Assembly (NCBI GenBank): GCA_951406725.2
Contig: OX597819.1
Location: 89,218,001-89,282,000, forward strand
DNA length: 64,000 bases
DNA from: Octopus vulgaris
Taxonomy: Eukaryota
Reading direction: 5' to 3'
The notes under the pieces are model-generated. The model ran no database searches. It saw nothing but the letters and a program-made list of their open reading frames with translations, and had not been told where the DNA came from. The translations under genes and the position numbers were made by a program. The number at the start of each line of letters is the position of its first letter. Within the stretch, counting starts at the first letter, position 1. Below, in pieces: positions 25,284 through 38,215 of the stretch.

Positions 25284-25485
25284 TAAGTTGAAGATCGTTA
25301 ATTTAAATTAAATAACGATCTAATCAAGTGGCCAGCATGGAAATAAAAACCTTCAAAGATAATAATTATTATTAAAATTTATAATTTAGGGTATCCACAA
25401 GAAATTGCCATGCTGAAAATAGCAGCCAGAATCTGACTCTAAAACCACATTAAATGTTCATGTAGATACCCTAAATTATAATTTC

Positions 25486-25487
<2 letters not shown>
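25284..25487 (-). mobile_element. 3'-end fragment of the hammerhead-element family seen at 20.3 and 30.5 kb
   Basis: Shares TCAAGTGGCCAGCATGGAAATAAA and CCATGCTGAAAATAGCAGCCA...GACTCTAAAACCAC with 30540-30670. Abuts (TA)n. Confidence 0.6.
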
Positions 25488-25524
<37 letters not shown>

Positions 25525-25780
25525 TTAACGTCCATTTTCCATGCTAGCATGGGTTATAAAACTTACTTGGGAATGGATGCGTGCTGTTCGATTATATAAT
25601 AATATAAATAATATATAAATATATGCATATATACATACATATATGTACATACCTACATATATATGTATATATATATATATGCCTATGTGGGCACAGGACA
25701 TTAAAAAAAATGTAGACAAAATGAGAAACGGGGCCATATAAATTATTAAGGTGGTTATTTGCAAATTAGAACTGATGAAC

Positions 25781-26119
25781 AAGTTCAGTTGTCACTGAAG
25801 TCATGGAGGGTGCTGGCAAGCACCAGAATTGCTTGGAATAAGAGTCAAAACAACTCTTAGCCACATTTGAGCACTTTTCTAATGGTTGACAAGGTGACTT
25901 AGGTTCTTTAACCCTCGGCAACAGAGTAATGGGTCACAGATTAATTAAATCTGAAATCAGTACTGATATGACTCCATCTCACTTGTTGTAGGGAGGGAGC
26001 CTGTCTCCTTTGTTAGTTGTTAGAAAAGTGCTCTCATGTGGCTTAAGAGTTGCTTTTGACTCTTATTTCTAGAATGTTGTTACTAGCACCCACCATCAAT
26101 TTAGTGACAACTGTACTTA
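25781..26119. repeat. Old foldback/MITE-like element with about 125-bp imperfect inverted arms
   Basis: CAGTTGTCACT...AATAAGAGTCAAAACAACTCTTAGCCACAT..GAGCACTTTTCTAA versus TTAGAAAAGTGCTC..ATGTGGCTTAAGAGTTGCTTTTGACTCTTATT...AGTGACAACTG. Confidence 0.75.
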
Positions 26120-26600
26120 TATATATATACATATATTACATGGCCACATGATCGATCAGGGTATCAGATATTGTTATATATACATTGCTAGTCACAAATG
26201 TGTCATTTTAGCTTTTGAATGGTGCCACCCTGCTGGGTAGGTGAGAAAACAAAGGCAGTTTATTCTGAATCACACATGTTTTTGTGGTGACTCATTTATT
26301 ACATGCAGTTATACATGAATTACCTATATCATATTCAATCACTCTACCGATTGATTGATCTCTGGAGTACTTCATCAGCCAATATGCTGAGAGCTACTGA
26401 TCACAATCACTGTGATCTCACCATTTGATATATCATCATCATCATTTAACGTCTGCCTTCCATGCTGGCATGGGTTGGACAGTTTGAGAGGAGCTGGCCA
26501 GGCAGGGGCCTGCACCATCTGTTTTAGCTGTAAAAACTGTGCCAAAGTAGATGCAGAAGTCTGGTGCAGGCTTCTGCCTGGCCAGATATATATATATATA

Positions 26601-26803
26601 TAGGGAGAGTTTACGAAAAAAACAAAAGACGAAGACAGGTGGTGTACAAAACAAACAGATGTATTAGTATAATGCTCAGGAATAGAAAAAGTCTTTTACG
26701 TTTCAAGCCTACGCTCTTCTACAGGAAGGGACACAGAAAAAACAAGGAGAGAAACAAGGAGAGAAAAAAATGTGTGTAGTGGCTAACGATCTCTCATGGT
26801 GAC
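26601..26803 (-). mobile_element. Short TA-inserted repeat with a hammerhead-like fold (copy 1)
   Basis: Reverse complement of 27283-27467. Motif CUUC CUGUAGA A GAGC GUAG GCUU GAAA CG UA AAAG at 26693-26728. Confidence 0.65.
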
Positions 26804-26818
26804 TATATATAAATATAT

Positions 26819-26866
<48 letters not shown>

Positions 26867-27241
26867 TAAATACATACATAAATATGTGTATGTATTTGTG
26901 TATATATGGCCTAGTGGTTAGGGTGTTGCACTCACAATTGCTAGATCATAGTTTTAATTTCAAGACTGGGTGGTATGTTGTGTTCTTGAGCAAAAACACT
27001 TCATCTCATGTCACTCTGCGATTACTATGACACCTGATGTGTGGTATACTGTGCACCTGTTCAGACACTGTCGATTTGATGGAGAGGGTGAAGCAATGTG
27101 TGGCAGGAACATTTGATCACTAGAAACAAATCATTTGTGTAGGTCATTCGGCAAAGCTGAACACTCATATGTTGTCTTCGATGGGAGAGTCCATCAGATA
27201 TATATACATATATATATACATATATATATACACACACACAG

Positions 27242-27281
<40 letters not shown>

Positions 27282-27282
27282 G

Positions 27283-27465
27283 ATAGATTGCTAGCCACTA
27301 CACATTCTTTATTTTCTCTCCTTATTTCTTTCTGTGTTCCTTTCTGTGGAAGAGCGTAGGCTCAAAATGTTAAAGACTTTCACTTCCCAAGCGTTAAACT
27401 AATACATCTGTTTGTTGTCTACACCAACCTATCTTCGTCTTTTGTTTTTCTTCTGAATTCTCCCC

Positions 27466-27467
<2 letters not shown>
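27283..27467 (+). mobile_element. Short TA-inserted repeat with a hammerhead-like fold (copy 2)
   Basis: Motif CUUU CUGUGGA A GAGC GUAG GCUC AAAA UG UU AAAG at 27340-27375. Confidence 0.65.
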
Positions 27468-27512
<45 letters not shown>

Positions 27513-27824
27513 GTCTGATTCAGCCTCCATACAACTTCAAATTTTGTAGGCTTCTTATAGAAACCTAGTACTTTTTAGCTCAGTAAACCAAATGGAGAGA
27601 TACAGGGGATTCAAGATGACCAACCAGAAACTGGATTGCTATTGGTTAAGGCCGATCACATGGTTATGTTAGAAGCGTAATCAGCATTCCACTTCTGGCA
27701 ACACTATGTATCCCACCTTGACCAGTATTTATTATAGCTTTCTTTATTTTGTACAGATGAGACTAATTTGGAGAAACATTACTTTCATTATTCGCACATC
27801 CTCACAAATGTAATGCAACACTTT

Positions 27825-28398
27825 TACTGCAATATTGCAAGGGGAAACTACCCCGAAACTGGTCTGTGAATGCCAAGCCAGCTGGGGGAGGGTGATGACC
27901 TCCCTTGTTCGAAGGTTTATGGATGCATATTTGTGCATCATATAGCTAGCTAGAGGCAATTGCCACTCAGAGCTAATCAACAGCAGCATTCGTCCTATTT
28001 CTCTGGACTGCCATATTAGTTTGGCAATAAATATTAATACCCAGTACTGCTGCTGTATCTCTCCTTTAGAGAGATTTAGAAATTATAACAGTTCTATTTT
28101 TGAAAATCAGTGAATGTGTTTCATTGAATATATATAAATAAAACCTTTGAACAGATGGTCAGCAGTGACCCCTACTGGACTCGGCTGCTCCACATTGATA
28201 AGGGGCAACCACCCCACAACTGGTCTGTGGATGTCAAGCCAGCAGGGGGAGGTTAATGACCTCCCCTGTTAGAAGGTTTATGGACACAGATTTGTGCGTC
28301 ATATAGCAAGCTAGAGGTGATCACACCTCAGAGCTAATCAACAGTAGCATTCGTCCTATTTCTCTGGACTGCCACGTTAGTTTGGCAATAAATAATAG
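27825..28398 (+). mobile_element. Tandem dimer (361-bp period) of a decayed hammerhead-bearing repeat
   Basis: About 200-bp direct repeats at 27835-28035 and 28195-28397, each starting with a mutated hammerhead core. Tail shared with 44160-44325 and 57200-57332. Confidence 0.75.
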
Positions 28399-28431
28399 TA
28401 TATATACACACACAAAGAGACAGATATATAT

Positions 28432-28860
28432 ACTCTTTTACTTGTTTCAGTCATTTGACTGCGGCCATGCTGGAGCACCACCTTTAATTGAGCAACTCTA
28501 CCCCGGGACTTATTCTTTTGTAAGCCTTGTACTTATTCTATCGGTCTGTTTTGCCGAACCGCTAAGTAACGGGGACATAAACACACCAGCATCGGTTGTC
28601 AAGCAATGCTAGGGGGACAAACACACACACGCATATACATATATACGACAGGCTTCTTTCAATTTCCGTCTACCAAATATCCACTCACCCATGCTAGCAC
28701 GGAAAACGGACGTTAAACAATGATGATGATGATGATGATGAAGGCTTTGGTCGGCCCGAGGCTATAGTAGAAGACACTTGCTCAAGGTGCCATGCAGTGG
28801 GACTGAACCTGGAACCATGTGGTTGGTAAACAAGCTACTTACCACACAGCCACTCCTGCA
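28432..28860 (-). mobile_element. SINE family A with a short RTE tail inserted (about 28688-28740)
   Basis: Family A interrupted by CCCATGCTAGCACGGAAAACGGACGTTAAACAATGATG. Confidence 0.8.
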
Positions 28861-30491
28861 CTATTTTTGTATATATATGGACTTCCAAAGAGTTTCTGTC
28901 TACCAAATTCGCTCACAAGGCATTGGTCAGCTTGGTGCTATAATAGAAGGTGCTGCATAGTGAGACTAAACCCAAAACCACATGGTTTGAAACAGTGCGC
29001 CGCTGTATGAAATGTTTTGGCACTTTGCATTCTAAGTTCAAATTTTGCCAGTTTGACTTTGCATTTCATCCCTTTTGGGGTTAGTTAACATACCTACTAC
29101 TGGTTAAGTATTGGGGTTGATTTAATAGACAATATCCATCTCTTCCTCAATCTTGTGGCCTCATGCATAAATCAGAAATAGTTAATACCATTACCAGCCA
29201 ATGAGAGAAAACTGACATGGTCATCTAACTTGCTTGAAATAATAGTCAAACCTCCCTGAAATCACATTCTACATACTGTAGAATAAGAAAAGAAGGACTT
29301 GTTCATGCAGTTTTGAGTAACTGAGTTTAAAGGGGAAAATAGACTGGATGGTCACATCTAGAATGTCTTTGATCATATTTCAGCTCATTCAGGCTGACCT
29401 GGAACTAAATGACAACATAAAATTTTCATACATTGTATGTTTGCTTTCTCCACTAGTACAGCCACTACTTTTACTACCACCACCACTGCTGCCATCACCA
29501 CCACCACCGGTGCTGCCCTCACTGCCACTGCCACCGCCATCACCACCGCCACCACCACCGCCACCACCACCACCACCACTACCACCACCACCACCACTAC
29601 CACCACCACTACCACCACCACCACCACCACTACTACTACTACTACTACAGCCTGGGTGTGGTCAAAGCTGGAGCAGGAACTGGTAGAGTGCCAGAACCAA
29701 ACTATATAAGTCTCTTTGCTTTTCATTGTTCTGGGGGTTGGCTAATAAATAAATTAAACACACACACAAAAAAAAAAGACAATATAAAATACCAATAATA
29801 TTTTAGATTAGGGTCAATGTAGTCAACTTTGCTTATACATTTATGACCTTTTGCCAGTGTGAGAAATTATTGCCTTTGCTAATTATCGCTAGGCCAAATG
29901 AAGTGGCAGAAATGGTTAGGGTGCCTTGTGGTATTTAATTACATCCCTTTACTAAGTTCAAATTCTAATGGGTCAAATTTTGCCTTTCATCATCATCAAC
30001 AACACTCTCCCATCTTCCTCGCTCACCCCTTTCATCTGAGGTCACTGAATTAATTACCAGTAAATTACCAGGCACCGGCATGGTTGTTTTGGCAAGAATC
30101 TTTGCTTCCCAAGCACTTGGTTTCAAGATCAGTCCCACTGCATGGTACCTTGGGCATTTGTCTTCTGTTACAACCTTGGGCTGACCAAAGAGTTGTGAAT
30201 GGATTTGGTTGATGGAAACTGAAAGAAGCCCATTGTATATATATGTGTGTGTGTGTGTTTGTGCATTTATTCTTTAAGTTATTTGACTACAGACATGCTG
30301 AAGCACCAGATTGGGTGGTTTTAGTCAAACAAATCAACCCCAGGACTTACTTTTTTTTAAGCCTAATACTTATTCTACCAGTTTCTTTTGCTGAACCGCC
30401 ATGTTACAGGGACATAAACACCCCAACACTGTTTGTCAAGCGATGATGGGGCACAAACACAGGCACAAAGAGATACACAGATATATATATA

Positions 30492-30916
30492 TAAATTTAT
30501 AAATAAGGATAATATCGATATTTAAATATCGATACTATCAAGTGGTCAGCATGGGAATAAATACCATACAAAGGTAATAATTTTTTTACAACTATAAATA
30601 AGGGTGTCTGAGAGACACCACCATGCCGAAATAGCAGTCAAATCCCTGACTCTAAAAACCACCTTAAAAGTTCATATCGCACCACGAGATAAGACATATG
30701 TGCCCATCTGATATATTCAACTGATGAAGGCAGAGCTTATTTGAAGCAAAGCTAGAAATCCAGGATCTTGAATTATTCAGTAATACCTTTTTGCTAGTCT
30801 ATTTTGTCCCTCTGTCTTATCTCATGGTGCAATATGAACATTTAAAGTGGTTTTTAGAGTCAGGGATTTGACTGCTATTTCGGGATGGTGGTGTCTCTCA
30901 GACACCCTTATTTATA
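30492..30916. mobile_element. Penelope-like inverted insertion: about 105-bp inverted arms around a hammerhead
   Basis: 30594-30696 is the reverse complement of 30814-30915. Flanked by (TA)n. Confidence 0.75.
30708..30780 (+). ncRNA. Type I hammerhead ribozyme motif
   Basis: AUUCAA CUGAUGA A-GGC-AGA-GCUU-AUUUG-AAGC-AAA-GCU-A GAAA UCC-A-GGA UC UUGAAU. Perfect 6-bp stem I, AUC triplet, A.A mismatch closing stem II. Confidence 0.75.
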
Positions 30917-31709
30917 TATATATATGTGTGTGTGTGTGTTTGTCGGTGTTTGTCCACTACCACCACTTGACAACTGTCTTTGGTTTGTTCCCACGACTTG
31001 AACATTTAAAAATTAGTACTGGGGACGATGTGTTTGATTAAAACCTTTCAAGATGAGGCTCCAGTATGGCTGCAGTCCAATGACTGAAATACATAAATGC
31101 TAAGAGATAGATATTAGATTCATATGGTTTCACTGCATGCCCCCTTAGAAATCTGTGGCATTGAACTCTAAAGCTGGAGGGAGAGTCCATCATTAACTAC
31201 TCACCCTCACTTCTTCTTCAGTTTTTCGTTCATCATCATCACCACCACCACCACCACCACCACCACCATCACCATCATCATCATCATCATCATCATCATC
31301 ACTATAATTTTCATCATCATCATTTAATGTCCACTTTTCCATGCTCACATGAATTGGATGGCATTTGCTAAGGCAGATATTTTCCTTACGGCCAGATGCT
31401 CTTACTGTTGCCAGCCCTAACTTGTTTTTCATAATGGCCAAACTTGTTTTCCGTAACAGAATAGAATTAACAGCTATGACGATTATACTCGTTTACAACT
31501 ATCACATGATGTCTTGACAAGTCTATACACACACACTCACACACACACACTCACACACACACACTCACACACACACACACACATGTATATATGACAGGCG
31601 TCAGTGCAGTTTCTATTTGCAAATTGCATTCAAATAGAATTGGACAGCTCTAAGCAATAATAGTAGTAGATGCTTGCTCAGAACCATATAATCACACCTG
31701 CACACGCAT

Positions 31710-31761
<52 letters not shown>

Positions 31762-31927
31762 CAAGTCCACCTACGTCCACTATAATACCCCATTGGAAAC
31801 TCTCCACATCTTCTCAGATGTAAAAACATTAGGGCTGCTATCATCAATGTTGTTGCAGTGAAAGGTATGTCAGGAGAAATTGTAGAGATTCTTGAGTAGA
31901 AGCAAGTAGACATCCTCCTCCTCCTCC

Positions 31928-31963
<36 letters not shown>

Positions 31964-32168
31964 ACATCATCATCATCATCAACATTTTAACTTTTCCATG
32001 TTTGCATGGGTCTGATAGAATTCATGGAAGCCAATTCCTACCTGTTTCCAAGAAAGATGATATTCCTTCCTAGCAGACATGTTTTCACAGAATATTGGAA
32101 ATGGATGACATTAATTTACAACAATCATGCAATGTCAAGACAAGAAAATACGCACACACATACACTCA

Positions 32169-32220
<52 letters not shown>

Positions 32221-33246
32221 TACACATACAAACACACACAAACACACACACACACACAAACACACACAAACACACACACAAACACACACACACACACATA
32301 CAAACACATGCACACACACACAAACACACACACATACAAACACAAACACACACATACACATACAAACACACAAACACACACACACACATACACATACACA
32401 AATACACACACATGACAGGCTTCTTTCAATTTCTATCTACCAAATTGAATCACAAGGCTTTTAACCCTTCGGCCAGCCTATGAATTTGGCAGAAGACACT
32501 CCTTGCCAAAGGCTCTGGTGCAGTGGGGCTGAAACCAAGATCACATGGTCAGGAAGCAAGCTTTTCCACTATGCAGCCACACCTGTGCCTATCATCCTGA
32601 GTTCAATTTCCACTGTTGTTCAGTTTCCCCTTCATCTTTAATCCCTCAGGGGTTCATCTCATCTTTACATTTTTGAGTTCAAGGCTTGCCACAGTCAATT
32701 TTGGATTTAATCCTTCAAGTGTTGATAAAAGAAATACCTGTCCAGGTATTAATGTTGATGTAGTAATCGAGTACAACCTTGCTCTCCCCTAAATGTGGTA
32801 CCTAGTTCAGTTACTACTACTACTACTACTATTACTACTACAGTACATGACATTTGCCAAAGGTATATGCTTTAGACATGCGACGCAAATGAAGAATGGT
32901 AGCCAGGTGAATAAAAAAAATTGTTAAATGATGTGAGTGTCAGGAGCCTGCCGATGAAGAAACCTGAAAAAGACATAAATAGAATTGGTGACATCTGATC
33001 TTAGGATTCTTAATCCCAGCAAGAGATGATGACAGACCATGACAAGTGATGAAATGTTAGAAATGCAAATGTACAGATTTAAAAATGATGAAGATAGTTT
33101 TATGTACATATTGTACATATAACTATACCAAAGTTTGGTACAAGTTCTTCTAGGTTTTTCCAAATGTATATTACAATGTATCTTTCCCACCTTTTTTCTA
33201 AGGAGGAGTGTCTTAACTCTTTCAGTCTCTCCCAGTAGCCGATATA

Positions 33247-33653
33247 CTCTTTTTACTCTTTTACTTGTTTCAGTCATTTGACTGCGGCCCATGCTGGAGC
33301 ACCGCCTTTAGTTGAGCAACTCGACCCCAGGACTTATTCTTTGTAAGCCCAGTACTTATTCTATCGGCCTCTTTTGCTGAACCGCTAAGTGACGGGGACA
33401 TAAACACACCAGCATCGGTTGTCAAGCAATGCTAGGGGGACAAACACAGACACACAAACATACATTCATATACATATATATACATATATACGACGGGCTT
33501 CTTTCAGTTTCCGTCTACTAAATCCACTCACAAGGCTTTGGTCGGCCCGAGGCTATAGTAGAAGACATTTGCCCAAGGTGCCACGCAGTGGGACTGAACC
33601 CCGAACCATGTGGTTGGTAAGCAAGCTACTTACCACACAGCCACTCCTGCGCC
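33247..33653 (-). mobile_element. SINE family A, full length, CpG-rich (young)
   Basis: Colinear with 4072-4476. Confidence 0.9.
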
Positions 33654-33765
33654 TATGAATCACTGAACCCATTTTCTTTGTGTAGCTTTGCTGGATTTCC
33701 TCAAGTTCCATCGTTAATTTTACACTGTTTGGTGACAAACAGACAAAAGGGAATGCAGCTCCAAT

Positions 33766-33878
33766 AACGGACAGACTCAACATTCATTGACAAGGTTGCA
33801 AAAGCAACAAAAGTTTTGAAAAACGGACAGACTCAACATTCATTGACAAGGTTGCAAAAGCAACAAAAGTTTTGAAAA
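33766..33878 (+). repeat. Perfect 56-bp tandem duplication
   Basis: AACGGACAGACTCAACATTCATTGACAAGGTTGCAAAAGCAACAAAAGTTTTGAAA occurs twice. Confidence 0.9.
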
Positions 33879-34000
33879 AAAAAATATAAATGATAAATGA
33901 GTGGAAATTGAACTGGTGAGTGTTTTAAGTAATAAGACATTATGACAATGACTCTCCCCAGACACAACAATATATGTGTGTGTGTGTGTATGTATATACA

Positions 34001-35280
34001 CAGGGGTTGGACAAAATAATAGGAACACCTTAAAATTTCAAACAAATTTATTCTAATATGGAGTAGGACCACCTTTGGCAGTAATTACAGCTTGAATTCT
34101 ATAAGGTGTGGACTCGTACAAAGTTTGAATTGTTTCCAAAGGAATTTTTGTCTATTCTTCAGCTAAAACAGTCTCCAGTTCTTGTAGTGATGATGGTAGA
34201 GGATATTAACTCCTTACTTGTTTTTCTAAAATGCACCATAAATGTTCAATAATATGGAGATCTGGGGAATGTTGTGGCCAGATAAGATGTTCAACATCAC
34301 TAGAATGTTCCTTGTGCCATTCAGTAACAACTTTAACTGTGTGAATTGGTGCATTATCATCCTGAAAGATTGCGTTTCTCTCCAGAAACAGTTCTGCAAC
34401 CGTATGAATTTGATCAGATAAAATGCTTAAATTGTCTTGTCTATTAATTCTGCTATGAAGGGAAACCATTGGGCCAGCAGATTTCCAAGATTTAGTCCCC
34501 CCAGATTATCACAGATCCTCCTCTATGTTTAACAGTTGGAAGAAGGCAGTCTGGATCAAATGCTTCTTTTGGCTGTCTCCACATGTATACTCAGCCAGTG
34601 GTCAGAAATAAGGTAAAGGATGACTTGTCCGAGAAAATAACATTCTTCCACTGTTCTAGGGACCAATTCTGTAGGTTTTACTCTACTCTAAACGCTTTGC
34701 AACGTTTGTTTTTGAAAGTAGTGGTTTTCTGTGAAATCCGGTTTTGTGCAAAATCCGGTTTTGTGCAGCTCCCAGCGAACAGTTTTTGTATAAATTGGGT
34801 TCGCAAGGTGGTCATTAAGCTCTGCAGTAATTTGGGGAACTGTACTTTTGTGATCTTTTCTAACAATTCTCATAAGAGTCTGACAGACCCTATCTGAAAG
34901 TTTTGGTTTTATTCCAGAGTTCTGTTTCGATGAGGAAGTTTTTCCCTCTTTCTCAAAGGCTGTCACTACTTTCAAGACAGTACTTCTTGATACACCAAAC
35001 ATTTCAGCTGTTTTCATTACGCTAGCACCTGCCATATGAGCACCAACAATTTGATCTCTTTGAAAGTCCAATAGATCTGTCATTTTAATTAATTTTAATT
35101 ACCTTTTTTTGATGATATCTGAAAAGAAACAGAAATTTTAACAAAACACATTAAGCAACACTAGTAACAAATCAAAAAGCATAAAAATAAACAAGCGTTT
35201 GATGGCTTTATAGATATTTCAAAATTATGATGCTATGATGCTATGGTTTTAGATGTTTCCATTATTTTGTCCAACCCCTG
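34001..35280 (-). mobile_element. Full-length Tc1-family (DD34E) transposon with a disrupted transposase
   Basis: TIRs CAGGGGTTGGACAAAATAAT(A/G)G..ACA at both ends, with TA on the right. ORF pieces MTDLLDFQRDQIVGAHMAGASV...FGVSRSTV (from 35083) and FQDDNAPIH...WPQHSPDLHIIEHLW (34206-34469). Frameshifts and stops present. Confidence 0.93.
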
Positions 35281-35292
35281 TATGTGTGTATA

Positions 35293-35328
<36 letters not shown>

Positions 35329-35346
35329 AAGATAGATAGATATAGA

Positions 35347-35404
<58 letters not shown>

Positions 35405-35546
35405 AACTGTTCAATGAGTGAGATCGGGAAACTCTGAGTAACAGTTATGTAATAATTTTGCAGCTTTAATAAAAAGTGCATATATATATGCACACACACA
35501 TACAAACATATATATATATAAATTTATATATAGGTATGTATATATA

Positions 35547-35577
<31 letters not shown>

Positions 35578-35770
35578 AGACAGAGAAAAAGAGAGACAGA
35601 TAGATAGATATTGTAGAAAGATGCACATGAACCATGGCAGTATAATTTTAGTTCATCTAAACATCTAAAGAAGATATTTAATTACTGAGAGTGCACAACG
35701 ACTCAACAGGTAATTGGTGCTGTAGCTTTATGTCTGTGTGAATTAAACAAATGAGAAGAAAAGACCTCAA

Positions 35771-35808
<38 letters not shown>

Positions 35809-36454
35809 CATATATGCATGAAAATTCATATACTCACGCACGGCAATAAACGTCCATTAGTCAAGAAAGTTAATTATACAATGGTATATAGTTCTATTGT
35901 ACATGCTGTACAAGCTTGGTCAAATGTTATAGAAAGAAATAAGGTGTTGACCAGGCACCAAAATCATATTAATCGCAGAACAAAGAATTGTTTCATTAAT
36001 TATGATTCATGAAATTGTAATTAACGATAGATTCCTTCTGATTACAACTACAGTCCTTTGTTGTGTTGAATTGCTAGATAACGATGTGAATTGTGCACAC
36101 ACACACACACAAATATATATATATATACACACACACACACATATATATATACATAATTATACATTCAGATATATATATATACACAAACACATGTACATAT
36201 ATATATATACATATATATCTATGTATATGTGTGTATATATGTGTACATATTTAAATGTGTGTTTGTATATATATATGTATATATTTTTGTATGTGTTATG
36301 TTAGTATGCATATATATATATATATCTTTATATATATATGTATATATATATACATATATATATACATATATATATACATATATACATATATATATACATA
36401 TATACATATATATATACATATATATATATATGTATAAATATGTATATATATATG

Positions 36455-36538
<84 letters not shown>

Positions 36539-38215
36539 CAGTTAGTTGTCTGTATGTGAGTAAAATAGCACACTAAAAAAGAAAACTAGAGCAGTTATAT
36601 TTTTATGTTATATCAGAAAATTATCGACAGTTTCACACCAGTTATTGCACTTGGCAAAATTGATGACTCTTCAGACATGCTGGCTGGAAGATGACTAATT
36701 ATATGCCATTACCAGGAATATACTGCTTGACAGTAGAAAAATATATACATTTATCATATATATACTCTCTTTACTCTTTTACTTGTTACAGGCATTTGAC
36801 TGAGGCCATGCTGGAGCACTGCCTTTAGTCGATCGAGCAAATCAACCCCAGGACTTATTCTTTGTAAGCCTAGTATTTATTCTATCACTCTCTTTTGCCG
36901 AACCACTAGGTTACGGGGATGTAAGCACACCAGCATCGGTTGTCAGGCGATGTAGGGGGGACAAACATAGACACACAAACATATACATACACACACATTT
37001 AAAGTGGTGTTCCAGCATGGCCACAGTCAAATAACTGAAACAAGTAGAAGAATAAGAGAATACTTTTCACCCCAACCATCATTGGCTTATCTACCATTCA
37101 CCACATCCACATCTTATGGTTAGTCCACATTACTCCTTAAGCAGCATAGGGCAAGTTTCCCAATTTCTCTTGTGTATATATTTCTCCCTGGATAGGATAC
37201 ATGGCCATCACAGGAATATTTAATTTTACAAGCTGAGTGGGCATGCGTCTTCTACTATAGCCTCGGGTCGACCAAAGCCTTGTGAGTGGATTTGGTAGAC
37301 GTAAACTGAAAGAAGCCCATTGTATATATGTATTTATATATTTTTTGTATGTGTATATGTTTGTGTGTCTGTGTTTGTCCCTCCAACATTGCTTGACAAC
37401 CGATGCTGGTGTGTTTACGTCCCTGTAACTTAGCGGTTCGGCAAAAGAGACTGATAGAATAAGTACTAAGCTTACAAAGAATAAGTCCTGGGGTCGATTT
37501 GCTCGACTAAAGGCGGTGCTCCAGCATGGCCACAGTCATGAAATAAAGTGTTTTGCTAAAGAAAACAATGCATTATCCATTCCAGGAATTGAAATCACAA
37601 TCTTATAAACATGAGTCCAACACTCTAACCACCAAGCAATATACCTCCACGTACATCTACACTTTAACCCTACATAATCTTTCAGTTGTCATCTACGCTT
37701 TCCTACTCCCTCCCTGGTTTATCATCCACTCAATTAAAAGGGGTAAAGACCTTTTTGGTCGTGAACCCCCATGGGATTGCACCTAGAAACTTACCCTCTG
37801 AAGCACAAGCTTGGGCAAGGTTGTTTATGGAAGACTAGCAGTCGCTCATGCATCCCAGCCTCCCATCTCCATGCAACCAATGTTATCCAAGGAAAAGGTA
37901 AATACTGATACAGCTTGGCACCTGCAATGTTACTACTCATTTCTACATTTGAATGAACTGGAGCAACATGAAATAAAGTGTCTTACACAAGAATAAATAT
38001 ATATATAAATATATGTGTGTGTTTATGTATTTTATATACATATATATATCATCATCATCATTGTTTAGCGTCCGCTTTCCATGCTGGCATGGGTTGGACG
38101 GTTCAACTGGGGTCTGGGAAGCCAGAAGGCTGCACCAAGCCCAGTCTGATCTGGCAATGTTTCTATATATATATATATATATAAATATTTATAAATACAA
38201 ATACATATATATAGA

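Noticed and set aside
27839-27910. Twister-ribozyme-like words (CTGGTC...CCAAGCCAG...GGAGGG)
   Set aside because: The GC needed for the second pseudoknot and one P4 base are missing. The same bases fit a decayed hammerhead better, as supported by the intact relative at 57.1 kb.
32840-32985. Possible minus-strand exon: strong acceptor TTTATGTCTTTTTCAG and a GPCR-like FTWLPFFI peptide
   Set aside because: The WLPFF frame has a stop between the acceptor and the motif, the other frames close quickly, and no partner exons were found.
35630-36090. TAAT-rich unique segments (also about 52200-52350) as possible enhancers
   Set aside because: Such motifs are expected by chance at this AT content; conservation or chromatin data would be needed.
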